Source: an uncultured Lentisphaeria bacterium (lineage in GTDB: Bacteria > Verrucomicrobiota > Lentisphaeria > JABSQK01 > JAJFLO01). From it: a stretch of DNA of 32,000 bases. The notes beneath the pieces are model-generated. The model did no database searches, was not told the DNA's origin, and saw only the letters and a list, made by a program, of their open reading frames with translations. A program made the translations under genes and the position numbers. Of this stretch, positions 8,330 to 17,505 are shown one piece after another. Every line of letters begins with the position of its first letter. Position 1 is the stretch's first letter. The stretch covers positions 840,001 to 872,000 of the forward strand of contig OX638337.1 of NCBI GenBank assembly GCA_951812855.1, given 5' to 3'.

Positions 8330-8650
8330 TATAAGCTATTCACCGATCCGTTTTAATTCGCGGCAATGATTGGGTGTTATTTAAATATTCTGTCAGGGTC
8401 CTATCTATTATTATCAGCAAATAATTAATAATTTTTTTTACTGAATGTGGATAGACCGCCAGCTTCCACGCCGCCGGATCACAGCGTCACCTGCAAACCC
8501 AACTCCTGCCAATGCTAAAAATAACGTTAATTCCAAATTTCCAGTACTAAAGTACTAATATTAATGATTACAGCTTCAGTTATAAGCATTGCAGCAATCA
8601 AAATTTTAATGCGATAACACCTGAACCTGCTCCTTAAAACCAGCCCGTTT

Positions 8651-8967
8651 TGAAAGAGAGTCCTGAATACTAAATTATAGTAATACAGGAGGATATATAC
8701 TGAAACGGAAACGGGTTACAGATGAGCAGATAATCGGGATATTAAAAGAAGGTGAATCAGGCGTTTCGGTTCAGAGACATACTTCGTAAACATGGAATAG
8801 CTGAAGGTACCTGTTATCGATGGAAGTCGAAATTTGGGGGCATGGAACCTGGTGATGTAAAAAGGCTGCGTAATTTGGAACAGGCGAATAATCGTTTGGA
8901 AACGATGGTTGCGGATTTGATGCTTGAAAATCAGGTATTAAAGGACGTCAACTCAAAAGAGTGGTGA
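8651..8967 (+). mobile_element. IS3-family remnant: frameshifted orfA only, with no orfB/DDE part
   Basis: AGGAGG (8687-8692) precedes a CTG at 8700. Frame 1 reads LKRKRVTDEQIIGILKEGESGVSV and runs to a stop at 8787-8789. Listed ORF 8752..8967, in the next frame, continues the homology: RDILRKHGIAEGTCYRWKSKFGGMEPGDVKRLRNLEQANNRLETMVADLMLENQVLKDVNSKEW. Together this is the standard IS3 OrfA (HTH plus leucine zipper) with a 1-nt frameshift near 8772. Nothing resembling OrfB follows. TGAAAGAGAG at 8651 could be the left terminus (IS3 ends start with TG), but that is a guess. Confidence 0.7.
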
Positions 8968-9523
8968 TGCCTGCAGTGATATTTTGTTCCGAATTATCCC
9001 TTTTTAAAAAACATAGATTATCTTGAGCAATGCATAGCCCGGACGCTTAGTCAAACTTAATTTCTTTGATTTTACAAGCCATATTTTCTTGCTAAAAAAC
9101 AAGTCAGTTTTTTAAAAGTCTATACGGATCGGATTGATTATATAATCACTGTTATTTTCAGCAGACATTTGATCCTCATCAAATCCTGAATTCATTAATG
9201 AATCATCGTTCCCGTTAACGATTGGTTGTTGTTTTTCGCCGTCATAAACAAAACTCACTGATTAAGAAAAAATAGTATAAGAAGTCGGTCTGAAGATTGT
9301 TCACCTAACGGGCTATACTGGCGTTCTAATAAAATCACTAATAATTATTTAAAGTGTATTTAAAATTGTAACGATCATGTTATACTAATTTTGGTTAATT
9401 CAGATTCAGTTAAGTTAACAGCCTGTATGTTATTCTGCCAATATCCTGCAGGCTATACTCAAAACTGAATTTCACACACATTCACTACTTGGAATTATAT
9501 CCAGAGAACATAAGGAGTTTAAC

Positions 9524-10915
9524 ATGGCGTTCAATTATAAATCCAAAGCCATGGAGATGGAGAGTGATACATCTAAACGGAGCCGTTGGAAATATCATTC
9601 TATTGTTACCCTTTTATTAAGTACTGTTACCTGTTTTTGTTTTACTCTTAACGGTGCACCCTCTGAAGCACCATGGATTGCAAATGCACACAGGAAAATC
9701 GAATTGAAAGAGAACAATGCAAACGAATTAGGTGCAAAGCTTGAGTATCTACGAAAACAATATACCCGGAAGATAAAGGAAAAGAAAAAACTTTTCTTCA
9801 TGACGGTCGAGAATGAAGATGATTATTCCAGAGATGAAATTAAGGCCATGGAAAAAAAGATCGAGCGTATGGATAAGGAAATCAAAGAGCTGGAAGTAAA
9901 ACTTATTAACATAGAAAACCAGGCTAGGAACAGTAAAAAAATTGTTAAGAAACTAAAAAGAGTCATTAAGAATGCTGAAAGTGGATATCGCAGGATTAAA
10001 TCCGCATCAGAAAATGATTTAGAAGATTTAAAACTGAAAACAATGAAAGAGTTTATTACCGTTGAAGATGGGAAAGTTAAGGAAGTAAAAAAGAAGAAAA
10101 GGTTTTCATTTTTTAGCAAATTCCGACTACCCAGAAAAGAAAAAAGTGAATTGCACACAATCATGAAACATAAGTCAAAGAAATCCAGTGAAACAGTGAA
10201 GAAAAAGAAAGAAACGAAGAAAGCAGTACAACACAAACAATTGACAAAAGAGAAAGAGAAAATAAAAAAAGAGGCAAAAAAACCTAAAAAAATGCCGCGT
10301 AAAAAGAAGATCAAAGCTGCATCTCCTGAGCCGGTTCCAGATAAAATTTTACTCAATGCTGACAGCATTCTGATTGATGATTTTAATGCAGCAGAACCTA
10401 CAAATAAACTTGGCAACCGTACTAATGCCTACCAAATGACTCCTTCAACATCAATGATTGACTTTCAAACAGATACAATTGAGGGTGCAGAGTCAGGAGT
10501 TTTAAGATTAGAATTTGACAAGAAAAACAAAGGTGGTCCACATTGGAGGGGAGGCTGGTGTGGGTATTATTCAATGCTAAGAGATGGAAATACCGGTGCC
10601 TATTTGAATGCCTCAGAATTTAAATATATTTCATTTTGGGTTAAGGGAGAGACTGGCAAGGAAAATTTTGCAATCGGCCTGGCGGATAAGCGTTGGGATC
10701 AACTCGGAGATTCTGTTAAATCAAATCAGGTAAACTTTTACGTTAAAAATTCTAAACTCAATACTAAATGGCAGAAAGTGAAAATTCCACTTGAGGAATT
10801 TGAAATTGACAAACATCAGCTTGCTTCAGTATCGATTTGTTTTGAATCATTTTGTTTCCGGAACGGTGCCGGAAGCGGAAGCGTATATATAGATAACCTG
10901 GCGTTGGAAAAATAG
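9524..10915 (+). CDS. N-terminally anchored, lysine-rich coiled-coil protein with a C-terminal beta-sandwich (CBM/CIA30-like) domain
   Basis: AAGGAG RBS sits 8 nt upstream of the ATG. There is a hydrophobic anchor (HSIVTLLLSTVTCFCFTL), then ~250 aa of K/E-rich heptad-like sequence. The ~170-aa C-terminal domain is (...LRLEFDKKNKGG..WCGYYS...FKYISFWVKGETGKENFAIGL...WQKVKIPLEEF...SVYIDNLALEK), and its pattern resembles carbohydrate-binding-module folds. That domain assignment is tentative. Confidence 0.8.
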   Translation: MAFNYKSKAMEMESDTSKRSRWKYHSIVTLLLSTVTCFCFTLNGAPSEAPWIANAHRKIELKENNANELGAKLEYLRKQYTRKIKEKKKLFFMTVENEDDYSRDEIKAMEKKIERMDKEIKELEVKLINIENQARNSKKIVKKLKRVIKNAESGYRRIKSASENDLEDLKLKTMKEFITVEDGKVKEVKKKKRFSFFSKFRLPRKEKSELHTIMKHKSKKSSETVKKKKETKKAVQHKQLTKEKEKIKKEAKKPKKMPRKKKIKAASPEPVPDKILLNADSILIDDFNAAEPTNKLGNRTNAYQMTPSTSMIDFQTDTIEGAESGVLRLEFDKKNKGGPHWRGGWCGYYSMLRDGNTGAYLNASEFKYISFWVKGETGKENFAIGLADKRWDQLGDSVKSNQVNFYVKNSKLNTKWQKVKIPLEEFEIDKHQLASVSICFESFCFRNGAGSGSVYIDNLALEK

Positions 10916-10960
10916 AATCTAAATCCGTTTCAAAATTTAAAAATCAGTTAATTCGTATTT

Positions 10961-11989
10961 ATGAAAAAAAATAAAGTCGTTTTAATTCCCGGTGACGGTA
11001 TTGGACCGGAAATTACAGATGCCGCAAAAATGGTCATTGCCGCTGCAGGAGCTGATATTGAATGGATAGAAAAGAAAGCGGGTATACCGGCGATAGAAGA
11101 AGGTAAAAATGTTTTACCCGAAGATACCCTCGATGCTATAAAGCAATATAAAATTGCCTTGAAAGGGCCCTGCACCACTCCAGTTGGTAAAGGATTCAGG
11201 TCAATCAACGTACAGTTACGGAAAAAGCTGGACCTATATGCTGCAGTTCGACCCGTACGAAATTTTCCAGGAATAAAAAGTCGATTTGATGATGTCGATT
11301 TAGTTATCGTTAGAGAAAACACCGAAGGACTGTATAGTGATGTTGAAAATGAAATTACCCCCGGTGTCGTGATGAGCATGAAGGTTGCAACACGAGTTGC
11401 CTGTACCCGAATCGCGCGCTGGACATTTCGATATGCAACGCTGCGTAAAAGAAAAAAGATCACAGTTTTTCACAAAGCGAATATCATGAAACTTACCGAT
11501 GGGTTGTTTATTGAATGTGCCCAAAAGATACATGAAACTGAATATCCCAACATTAAGTATGAAGAAGTCATTATTGACGCTGGCTGCATGAAACTCGTCC
11601 AGGATCCCTCACAATTCGACATATTACTTCTTGAAAATCTATATGGTGATGTCGTTAGTGATCTATGTGCTGGATTGGTTGGTGGTCTGGGTGTTGTGCC
11701 GGGAGCAAATATTGGAGAAAATCAATCTGTATTTGAGGCTGTTCATGGATCAGCACCCGATATTGCGGGTAAAAATGCGGCAAATCCACTGGCTCTTATT
11801 ATGTCTGCCGTCATGATGTTAAATCATCTGTCAACATCAAAAACAGATGTCTACAAAACAGCGGCAAATAAAATCAAACACGGCTATAATCAAGCATTAT
11901 CAGATGGAATGAAAACCAGAGATTTAGGTGGTAAGCTGGGTACCAAAGAATTTGCACAGGCTATCATTGAGCGATTGGATGGAGGATAG
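10961..11989 (+). CDS. NAD-dependent (IDH3-type) isocitrate dehydrogenase, isocitrate/isopropylmalate dehydrogenase family
   Basis: LIPGDGIGPE near the N-terminus, ALKGPCTTPVGKGFRSINVQLRKKLDLYAAVRP, IVRENTEGLYS, HKANIMKLTDGLF, NLYGDVVSDLCAGLVGGLGVVPGANIG. At 342 aa it is collinear with the short NAD-IDH type. I cannot exclude homoisocitrate dehydrogenase specificity. Confidence 0.9.
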   Translation: MKKNKVVLIPGDGIGPEITDAAKMVIAAAGADIEWIEKKAGIPAIEEGKNVLPEDTLDAIKQYKIALKGPCTTPVGKGFRSINVQLRKKLDLYAAVRPVRNFPGIKSRFDDVDLVIVRENTEGLYSDVENEITPGVVMSMKVATRVACTRIARWTFRYATLRKRKKITVFHKANIMKLTDGLFIECAQKIHETEYPNIKYEEVIIDAGCMKLVQDPSQFDILLLENLYGDVVSDLCAGLVGGLGVVPGANIGENQSVFEAVHGSAPDIAGKNAANPLALIMSAVMMLNHLSTSKTDVYKTAANKIKHGYNQALSDGMKTRDLGGKLGTKEFAQAIIERLDGG

Positions 11990-12133
11990 CTGCCCAACGA
12001 ATTTGAACAATTCCGGTTAGACGGAAATTACAATTTTGTGACATAATCGTCATAAGTTTACCAATTAAATATATCAAATTTTCAAAATCTAATTTTATAT
12101 CGTCATTAACCCAAAAATAATGGAGAAGTAAAA

Positions 12134-12571
12134 ATGTTAATAAAAAAAATAATTATCCTGCTAACTTCAATTACGTTTACATGTGGATTTGCGATCGCAC
12201 AAGAAAGCTCACACAAACATAAACACGAAGGATCACATAAAGTTAAGAAAGCAGATTCCCACTCAGATAAACATGAAGGATCACACAAAGCTGCGTCTAC
12301 ACGTATCACAGGTGAAGCCATTGATATTGGATGCTACGTAGGAAAAAGCGAAAAAGAATATAGAAATGCAGCCTGTATCAAAGCATGCTTAGCAAGTGGT
12401 GCACCGGCGGGTATTAAAACTGATGATGGCACAATATATCTGGTCGTTGGTGCCGATGAGAATTTGAAAAAATCACTCTCAGATAACTCGGGGGAAAAGG
12501 CAACTTATAAGGGAACCGTATTAAAACAAGATGGTATGTCCATCATAAAAAATGCTGTCCTTGAAAAATAA
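12134..12571 (+). CDS. Secreted His-rich protein (putative periplasmic metal-binding protein)
   Basis: GGAG RBS and a signal peptide (MLIKKIIILLTSITFTCGFAIAQ). A duplicated His-rich block follows (SSHKHKHEGSHK...SHSDKHEGSHK), then a Cys-containing globular domain (IDIGCYV...AACIKACLASGAPAGI..DGTIYLVVG). Confidence 0.75.
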   Translation: MLIKKIIILLTSITFTCGFAIAQESSHKHKHEGSHKVKKADSHSDKHEGSHKAASTRITGEAIDIGCYVGKSEKEYRNAACIKACLASGAPAGIKTDDGTIYLVVGADENLKKSLSDNSGEKATYKGTVLKQDGMSIIKNAVLEK

Positions 12572-12603
12572 AATTTTAAACGTTGTTTCCTTATGAAATC
12601 CTG

Positions 12604-12651
12604 ATAGTCCAGGTTACCCTGATTGGTTTATATGCGGTTTACCCGGACTAT
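12604..12651. terminator. Long imperfect hairpin between convergent genes (candidate bidirectional terminator)
   Basis: ATAGTCCAGGTTACCC (12604-12619) pairs with GGTTTACCCGGACTAT (12636-12651) at about 13 of 16 positions. It lies between the 12134 ORF stop (12571) and the pckA stop (12739). No clean U-tract is present, hence the low confidence. Confidence 0.35.
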
Positions 12652-12738
12652 AGACTAAATCAAATTATTTAATCTCACTCGTGGGCTTAGCCGCCGTGGC
12701 TGGTTTAATCTCCCGACAGTTGCGGCGGGGCGGTTGGT

Positions 12739-14334
12739 TTATAGATTGGGTCCCGCGTCAATAACCTCATTACTGGCACCGTCTTTATATTTTTCAAAGT
12801 TGTTTTGAAATAACTCAGCAAGATGCCGGGCAGTGTCATCATATTCGTTTTTGTCTTTCCAACAATTTCGCGGTACCAGCAGTTCGTCAGGAACATTTTC
12901 ACAACCTTGAGGAATCTGAAAATCGAAAATCGGATCGGCGTCCATTTCCATTCCTGCCAACGATCCATCATGGATTGCATCGATTATTGACCGGGTATGA
13001 GCTATCGACATTCTTGAACCAACACCAAAGCCACCGCCCGTCCAGCCCGTATTAACTAACCAGACGTCTGTTTGATGCCGATTAATTTTTTGTGCTAACA
13101 ACTCTGCGTATTTTTGTGGGTGCCAAACCATAAATGCCTCACCAAAACAAGCTGAAAATGTTGCCTGCGGTTCCGTCACACCCATTTCGGTTCCTGCAAC
13201 TTTTGCAGTATAGCCACTTATAAAGTGATACATTGCCTGTGCAGCACTCAATTTACTGACAGGGGGCAAAATACCAAAGGCATCGCAGGTAAGAAAAATA
13301 ATATTCTTCGGGTGCCCGCCTAGACACGGTATTTTTGCATTGGGGATAAATTCAATTGGATAGGAAGCCCGGGTATTTTCAGTAAGAGAACAATCATCAT
13401 AGTCTACGATCCTGCTGCCGGATTCAAGAACAACATTTTCTAATACTGTACCAAACTTGATTGCATTAAATATTTCAGGTTCATTTTCAGGAGACAAATG
13501 AATGCATTTCGCATAACATCCGCCTTCAATATTATATACTCCTTCATCGTCCCAACAATGTTCATCATCCCCAATAAGCCGGCGGCGGGAATCTGCTGAC
13601 AGTGTTGTTTTCCCTGTTCCGGAAAGACCAAAAAACAATGAAACATCGCCGTTGTCTCCTTCATTAGCAGAACAATGCATTGATAAGATCCCTTTTTTGG
13701 GCATCATGTAATTCATTACCGTGAATACACCTTTTTTCATTTCTCCGGCATATTCAGTACCGAGTATAACCATTTGTTTGCGTTCGAAACTAACATCAAT
13801 ACTTGTCGTTGAGGTCATTTGGGATGTATATCTATTAGCAGGAAAACGACCGGCATTGTAAATTGTAAAATCGGGTTCGCCAAAACTCTCTAATTCCTTT
13901 TCAGTGGGTCGAATAAGCATATTAAACATGAACAGTGCATGATAGGCACGGGAACAGATTATTCTTACCTTCATCTGATGTTTCCTGTTCCAACCGGCAA
14001 ATCCATCGATAACATAAAGTTGTTCATAGGTATTAAGGTAATCAACAGCCCGCTCATGATTGATTAAAAAAGTAAGATCATCCAGCGAAATATTAATCGG
14101 CCCCCAATTGATATCCTCCCGGCTGTCTTCATGATCAACAATATGTTTATCTTTTGGGCTGCGTCCGGTTTTATTTCCCGATGAAACAAGAAGAGAGCCC
14201 ATACTTGAAATAAATGATTCTTTCTCATTCTTCAGTGCTTCTTCATACAGTTTAGCCGGAGCAACGTTTCGCAGAATACGTTTGACGTTTATATTGTGTT
14301 TCGATAAATCAAATGAATAGGGCATAAAATTCAT
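12739..14334 (-). CDS. pckA: Phosphoenolpyruvate carboxykinase (ATP)
   Basis: 531 aa. Carries [14 protein letters not shown], the kinase-1a loop [13 protein letters not shown], and [23 protein letters not shown], which is the full-length ATP-PEPCK pattern. Confidence 0.95.
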   Translation of the reverse strand: MNFMPYSFDLSKHNINVKRILRNVAPAKLYEEALKNEKESFISSMGSLLVSSGNKTGRSPKDKHIVDHEDSREDINWGPINISLDDLTFLINHERAVDYLNTYEQLYVIDGFAGWNRKHQMKVRIICSRAYHALFMFNMLIRPTEKELESFGEPDFTIYNAGRFPANRYTSQMTSTTSIDVSFERKQMVILGTEYAGEMKKGVFTVMNYMMPKKGILSMHCSANEGDNGDVSLFFGLSGTGKTTLSADSRRRLIGDDEHCWDDEGVYNIEGGCYAKCIHLSPENEPEIFNAIKFGTVLENVVLESGSRIVDYDDCSLTENTRASYPIEFIPNAKIPCLGGHPKNIIFLTCDAFGILPPVSKLSAAQAMYHFISGYTAKVAGTEMGVTEPQATFSACFGEAFMVWHPQKYAELLAQKINRHQTDVWLVNTGWTGGGFGVGSRMSIAHTRSIIDAIHDGSLAGMEMDADPIFDFQIPQGCENVPDELLVPRNCWKDKNEYDDTARHLAELFQNNFEKYKDGASNEVIDAGPNL

Positions 14335-14352
14335 TCTCTCTTTTTTTATTAA

Positions 14353-14670
14353 TTATTGCCTCGTTTCCGAATCAATCCAATTCAGAAATTCAGGATTCCC
14401 ACCCCGGACTGGAATCGCGATTATACATGGGCAATCATAGCTATGAACTGACGTCACTCTGTCAATAATCAAATCAACCAATCTTGATTTAGTTTTACAA
14501 ATCATTACAGTTTCACTATTTTCACATATTTTACCTTGCCACCGATAAATAGATGACATATTATTTATAATATTCGCACACGCAACTAAGTTTTCTTTCA
14601 CCAAGACTTCACCTATCATTGCTGCTTCATCCGTATCAGAAGCTGTTATATAGACAAGACTGATATCCAT
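14353..14670 (-). CDS. cutA: Divalent-cation tolerance protein CutA
   Basis: 105 aa. ...LVACANIINNMSSIYRWQGKICENSETVMICKT...HSYDCPCIIAIPV.GGNPEFLNWI matches the CutA1 pattern. It lies 18 nt upstream of pckA on the same strand. Confidence 0.85.
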   Translation of the reverse strand: MDISLVYITASDTDEAAMIGEVLVKENLVACANIINNMSSIYRWQGKICENSETVMICKTKSRLVDLIIDRVTSVHSYDCPCIIAIPVRGGNPEFLNWIDSETRQ

Positions 14671-14781
14671 CGGTCAACCTTACACAGAAGTTAAAAATTT
14701 CTTATAAAATTTTGTCAGATCAGGAATAGTGCAAAAATTATTTCACTAAATGTTAAATCAATAGTAAAAATAAGACTGAAA

Positions 14782-15471
14782 GTGTCAATAGATAAATCGA
14801 AAATAATGAAAAATACGACAATAAAATTTTGGGATATGGACCATACATTAATCGCAATCGACAGTGACGTGTCATGGAAACGATATTTAATCGATATCGG
14901 TTTAGCCCCAAACAATGCAGTTGAACAATCAGACTACTACTGGAATCAGTATATTTCCGGAAACCTGGATATCAATGACTTTAATTCGTTCCAACTCAAA
15001 GAGTTCAAGAATAAGTCAATAGAAGACCTGGAAGTTCTTTCACAAAACCATTTTGAACAATGCGTGAAATCCCAGATTTACGACCAGGCATTTACCATGG
15101 TCAATCATGCCCTTTCTCAGAGAGAAACATTATGTATGATAACGGCAACCAACAGCGTAATTGCAAAACCGATTGCCAATCATCTTGGCTTTGAACATAT
15201 GATTGCTGCCATGCCTGAAAAAAAGGATGGAATTTATACAGGGACCATTACAGGAGAATATTGTGGCGGTAAAGGAAAAATTCCTTATATGAAGGTGTTC
15301 TGTGAACGTTATCATTCAGATTTAAATCAATGCTATTATTATGGCGACAGTGTCGCTGATATTGTTATAATGGACGCGGTTGGTTTCCCGATTGCCGTTA
15401 ATCCAATGCCTGAGCTAAGGATGCATGCTAAAAAAAAAGGCTGGGATATTCTAACTTTTGAGAACCTGTAA
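14782..15471 (+). CDS. HAD-superfamily hydrolase, subfamily IB (SerB/phosphatase-like)
   Basis: Motif I DMDHTL (DxDxT) and motif IV GDSVADIVIMDAVG. The listed start is GTG 14782. ATG at 14806 (MKNTTIKFWDMDHTL) is an equally plausible start. Confidence 0.8.
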   Translation: MSIDKSKIMKNTTIKFWDMDHTLIAIDSDVSWKRYLIDIGLAPNNAVEQSDYYWNQYISGNLDINDFNSFQLKEFKNKSIEDLEVLSQNHFEQCVKSQIYDQAFTMVNHALSQRETLCMITATNSVIAKPIANHLGFEHMIAAMPEKKDGIYTGTITGEYCGGKGKIPYMKVFCERYHSDLNQCYYYGDSVADIVIMDAVGFPIAVNPMPELRMHAKKKGWDILTFENL

Positions 15472-15535
15472 TTGACGTTACCCTTGACATCCCAAACGTT
15501 TCAAATCCGAATACAATGCTGAGGTATTTCACAAA

Positions 15536-16606
15536 TTAAGACGGTGAGACTTCGTTACCTGCCTTCAGACTCTCAATCTCTTTTTCAAGTGATTTCACTC
15601 TCTTAAGCAGTTCAGGAAGCTTCTGGACTGCTGCTGCTTGTTTCCAAAACGTTTGACGCGGAACTGAAGGGTACCCGCAATAGGCAACTCCAGGCTCTGC
15701 ATCACGGGACCATACAGACTTTGCCATGAGAATTGCCCCGTCCCCGATCTTCAAATGCCCGACAACACCGGATTGCCCGGCAATAATCACATTTTTTCCA
15801 ATATCGACGCTGCCGGATACACCGGATTGTGATACTATGATGGTGTTTTCTCCAAGAATAACATTATGACCAATTTGTACAAGGTTATCAATTTTTGTGC
15901 CTCGTTTGATCCAGGTTTTATCAAATCTTGCACGGTCGACAGTCACATTTGCTCCAATTTCAACATCATCATCGATTTGAACGATACCTGATTGGGGAAT
16001 TTTTTTGTGCCCGTCCGGACCGGTGATATAACCGAACCCATCACTGCCTATAACCGTTCCGCTGTGAATCGTAACCCCATCACCAATAATTGCTCGTTCA
16101 CGAACCGTCACATTTGGGTGAATCCGACAATTTTTCCCAATCCGGGAATTCGGACCGATATAACTGCCTGCTTCTACAATAGAATGACCAGCGATAATGA
16201 CACCTTCCTCTATGACGACTCCGGCGCCTATATGCAGGTTACCGGCTAATTCGGCTGACGGATGAATTGAGGTCGAACTGTGAATCCCTATTGCAGGAAT
16301 ATATTGATAAGATACAAAATGTTGAGTTATATCAACAAACGCTTCGGACGGGTTATCACACTTAATCCAGGCACGGTTTTCGGGTGGCGGACTGTCAAAG
16401 TCATGTGGGACAAGAACAATAGCAGACTTTGAGGATAAGACTGACTTTCTATATTTATCATTTCCCAAAAATGAAATGTCATATTCTGATGCATCAACAA
16501 GATTTGCAATTCCTTTGACTGATATTGATTCTGATCCAACCAAAACAGCACCCAACATCTTAGATATCTGTTTCGCACTTAATTCAGATTTGCGATCATT
16601 TTTCAT
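15536..16606 (-). CDS. lpxD: UDP-3-O-acylglucosamine N-acyltransferase
   Basis: 356 aa. It has the LpxD N-terminal domain (ISFLGNDKYRKSVLSSKSAIVLV), a long left-handed beta-helix of hexapeptide repeats, and a C-terminal helix. It lies directly downstream of skp, the classic arrangement. Confidence 0.93.
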   Translation of the reverse strand: MKNDRKSELSAKQISKMLGAVLVGSESISVKGIANLVDASEYDISFLGNDKYRKSVLSSKSAIVLVPHDFDSPPPENRAWIKCDNPSEAFVDITQHFVSYQYIPAIGIHSSTSIHPSAELAGNLHIGAGVVIEEGVIIAGHSIVEAGSYIGPNSRIGKNCRIHPNVTVRERAIIGDGVTIHSGTVIGSDGFGYITGPDGHKKIPQSGIVQIDDDVEIGANVTVDRARFDKTWIKRGTKIDNLVQIGHNVILGENTIIVSQSGVSGSVDIGKNVIIAGQSGVVGHLKIGDGAILMAKSVWSRDAEPGVAYCGYPSVPRQTFWKQAAAVQKLPELLKRVKSLEKEIESLKAGNEVSPS

Positions 16607-16703
16607 AAATTTAATCGTATTGTGCGGAAGAAATCATAATAAATCAATTAGATGTCTGTAACAACAGAAATTGGAAATCAAATAATCCAGGTGCGGCAAC
16701 GAG

Positions 16704-17327
16704 TTATTCTTCTTTATTTTCTTCTACCTTTTTCTTTACAGACTCTAACTTTTCTTCATGTCCTTTATTTATCATGGAGAGGATTATATCAGTTATATCA
16801 TTTTCTGGTTTCAGGTAAATAAATGTCGGAAGCCGGTTTAGTGTGATACCTGAACTGTCTATGACTAAATCGTATCCCTGCTGTTCTGAATAAACTCTTA
16901 CAATATCCGATATTTCTTTTACGATTTTGTTCGTTAATTCCTCAAGACGGTTACGCATATCCATTTGTTTCTCTTTATTATATTCCTGGATTTGCTTTTT
17001 CTTTTCCTGGAGAAGCATAAATTTTGTCTGGGCTTCATCCCTCTTACCTTCGCGAACTTCCTCATTTAATGCAATATTTTGAGATTCATCCCGCAACCTG
17101 TTAAACGCATCTTCTAATAACTCTCGTTCTTTATCAAGATTATTTGCAAATTCTGAAAAAATCTCACCTTGTTTCTGAATCACTCTATTTTCTTTTATGG
17201 TTTTATAATACCCCTGAAAAATGGTGTCCATATCGATATATACCCAATTTAACGCTTGAGAACACACATTTGCGACTGCGAATAAAAATATTAAAGTGCT
17301 TAAAATCCCGCTTTTTGCCTTCGACAT
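16704..17327 (-). CDS. skp: Periplasmic chaperone Skp (OmpH family)
   Basis: I placed the start at the internal ATG (17325-17327), which gives a signal peptide MSKAKSGILSTLIFLFAVANVCSQA. The rest is coiled-coil and K/E-rich, and the length and the position upstream of lpxD fit Skp. The 40-codon upstream extension in the listed ORF (to 17447) looks non-coding. Confidence 0.8.
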   Translation of the reverse strand: MSKAKSGILSTLIFLFAVANVCSQALNWVYIDMDTIFQGYYKTIKENRVIQKQGEIFSEFANNLDKERELLEDAFNRLRDESQNIALNEEVREGKRDEAQTKFMLLQEKKKQIQEYNKEKQMDMRNRLEELTNKIVKEISDIVRVYSEQQGYDLVIDSSGITLNRLPTFIYLKPENDITDIILSMINKGHEEKLESVKKKVEENKEE

Positions 17328-17505
17328 TGTTGATGATCCTTTATATGATTTTTTAACCGTTGAACAGGTTAAATGCAACGTGATAAGTTCAAAACCCAAT
17401 ACTAGGTAGTATTCCTGATAATATGAACCGCATAAATAGTATATCAATTAATGCTATAAGCAAAATGAATCTTTGCTGAATATCAGAGTGTAAATTGAGG
17501 ATGAC

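Noticed and set aside
8440-8650. Small hydrophobic minus-strand ORFs (e.g. ...ELTLFLALAGVGFAGDAVIRRRGSWRSIHIQ and ...KILIAAMLITEAVIINISTLVLEIWN), considered as a type I toxin-like peptide.
   Set aside because: They lack clear start codons or RBSs, are split across two frames, and sit in a region full of gene debris. They are more likely fragments of a decayed membrane-protein gene, and I could not support a call.
9823-10416. Long antisense ORFs inside well-supported genes. Examples: 9823..10416 (-), 10948..11463 (-), 25211..25645 (-), 23534..24001 (-), 27306..27690 (-), 2844..3098 (-).
   Set aside because: They lie opposite genes with strong motif support. They have low-complexity or Ser/Phe/Leu-rich translations typical of shadow frames in AT-rich or purine-skewed coding DNA. 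They lack RBSs and recognisable motifs.
7793-12700. A shared GC-rich word, GCCGCCG(G/T), at about 7793, about 8481 and about 12690, considered as a possible dispersed repeat.
   Set aside because: Only 7-8 nt are shared and the flanks are unrelated. That is too short to distinguish from chance.
17328-17447. The 40-codon N-terminal extension of the Skp ORF (MIYYLCGSYYQEYY...).
   Set aside because: The internal Met gives a canonical signal peptide, and the extension has an aromatic-rich, non-protein-like composition.
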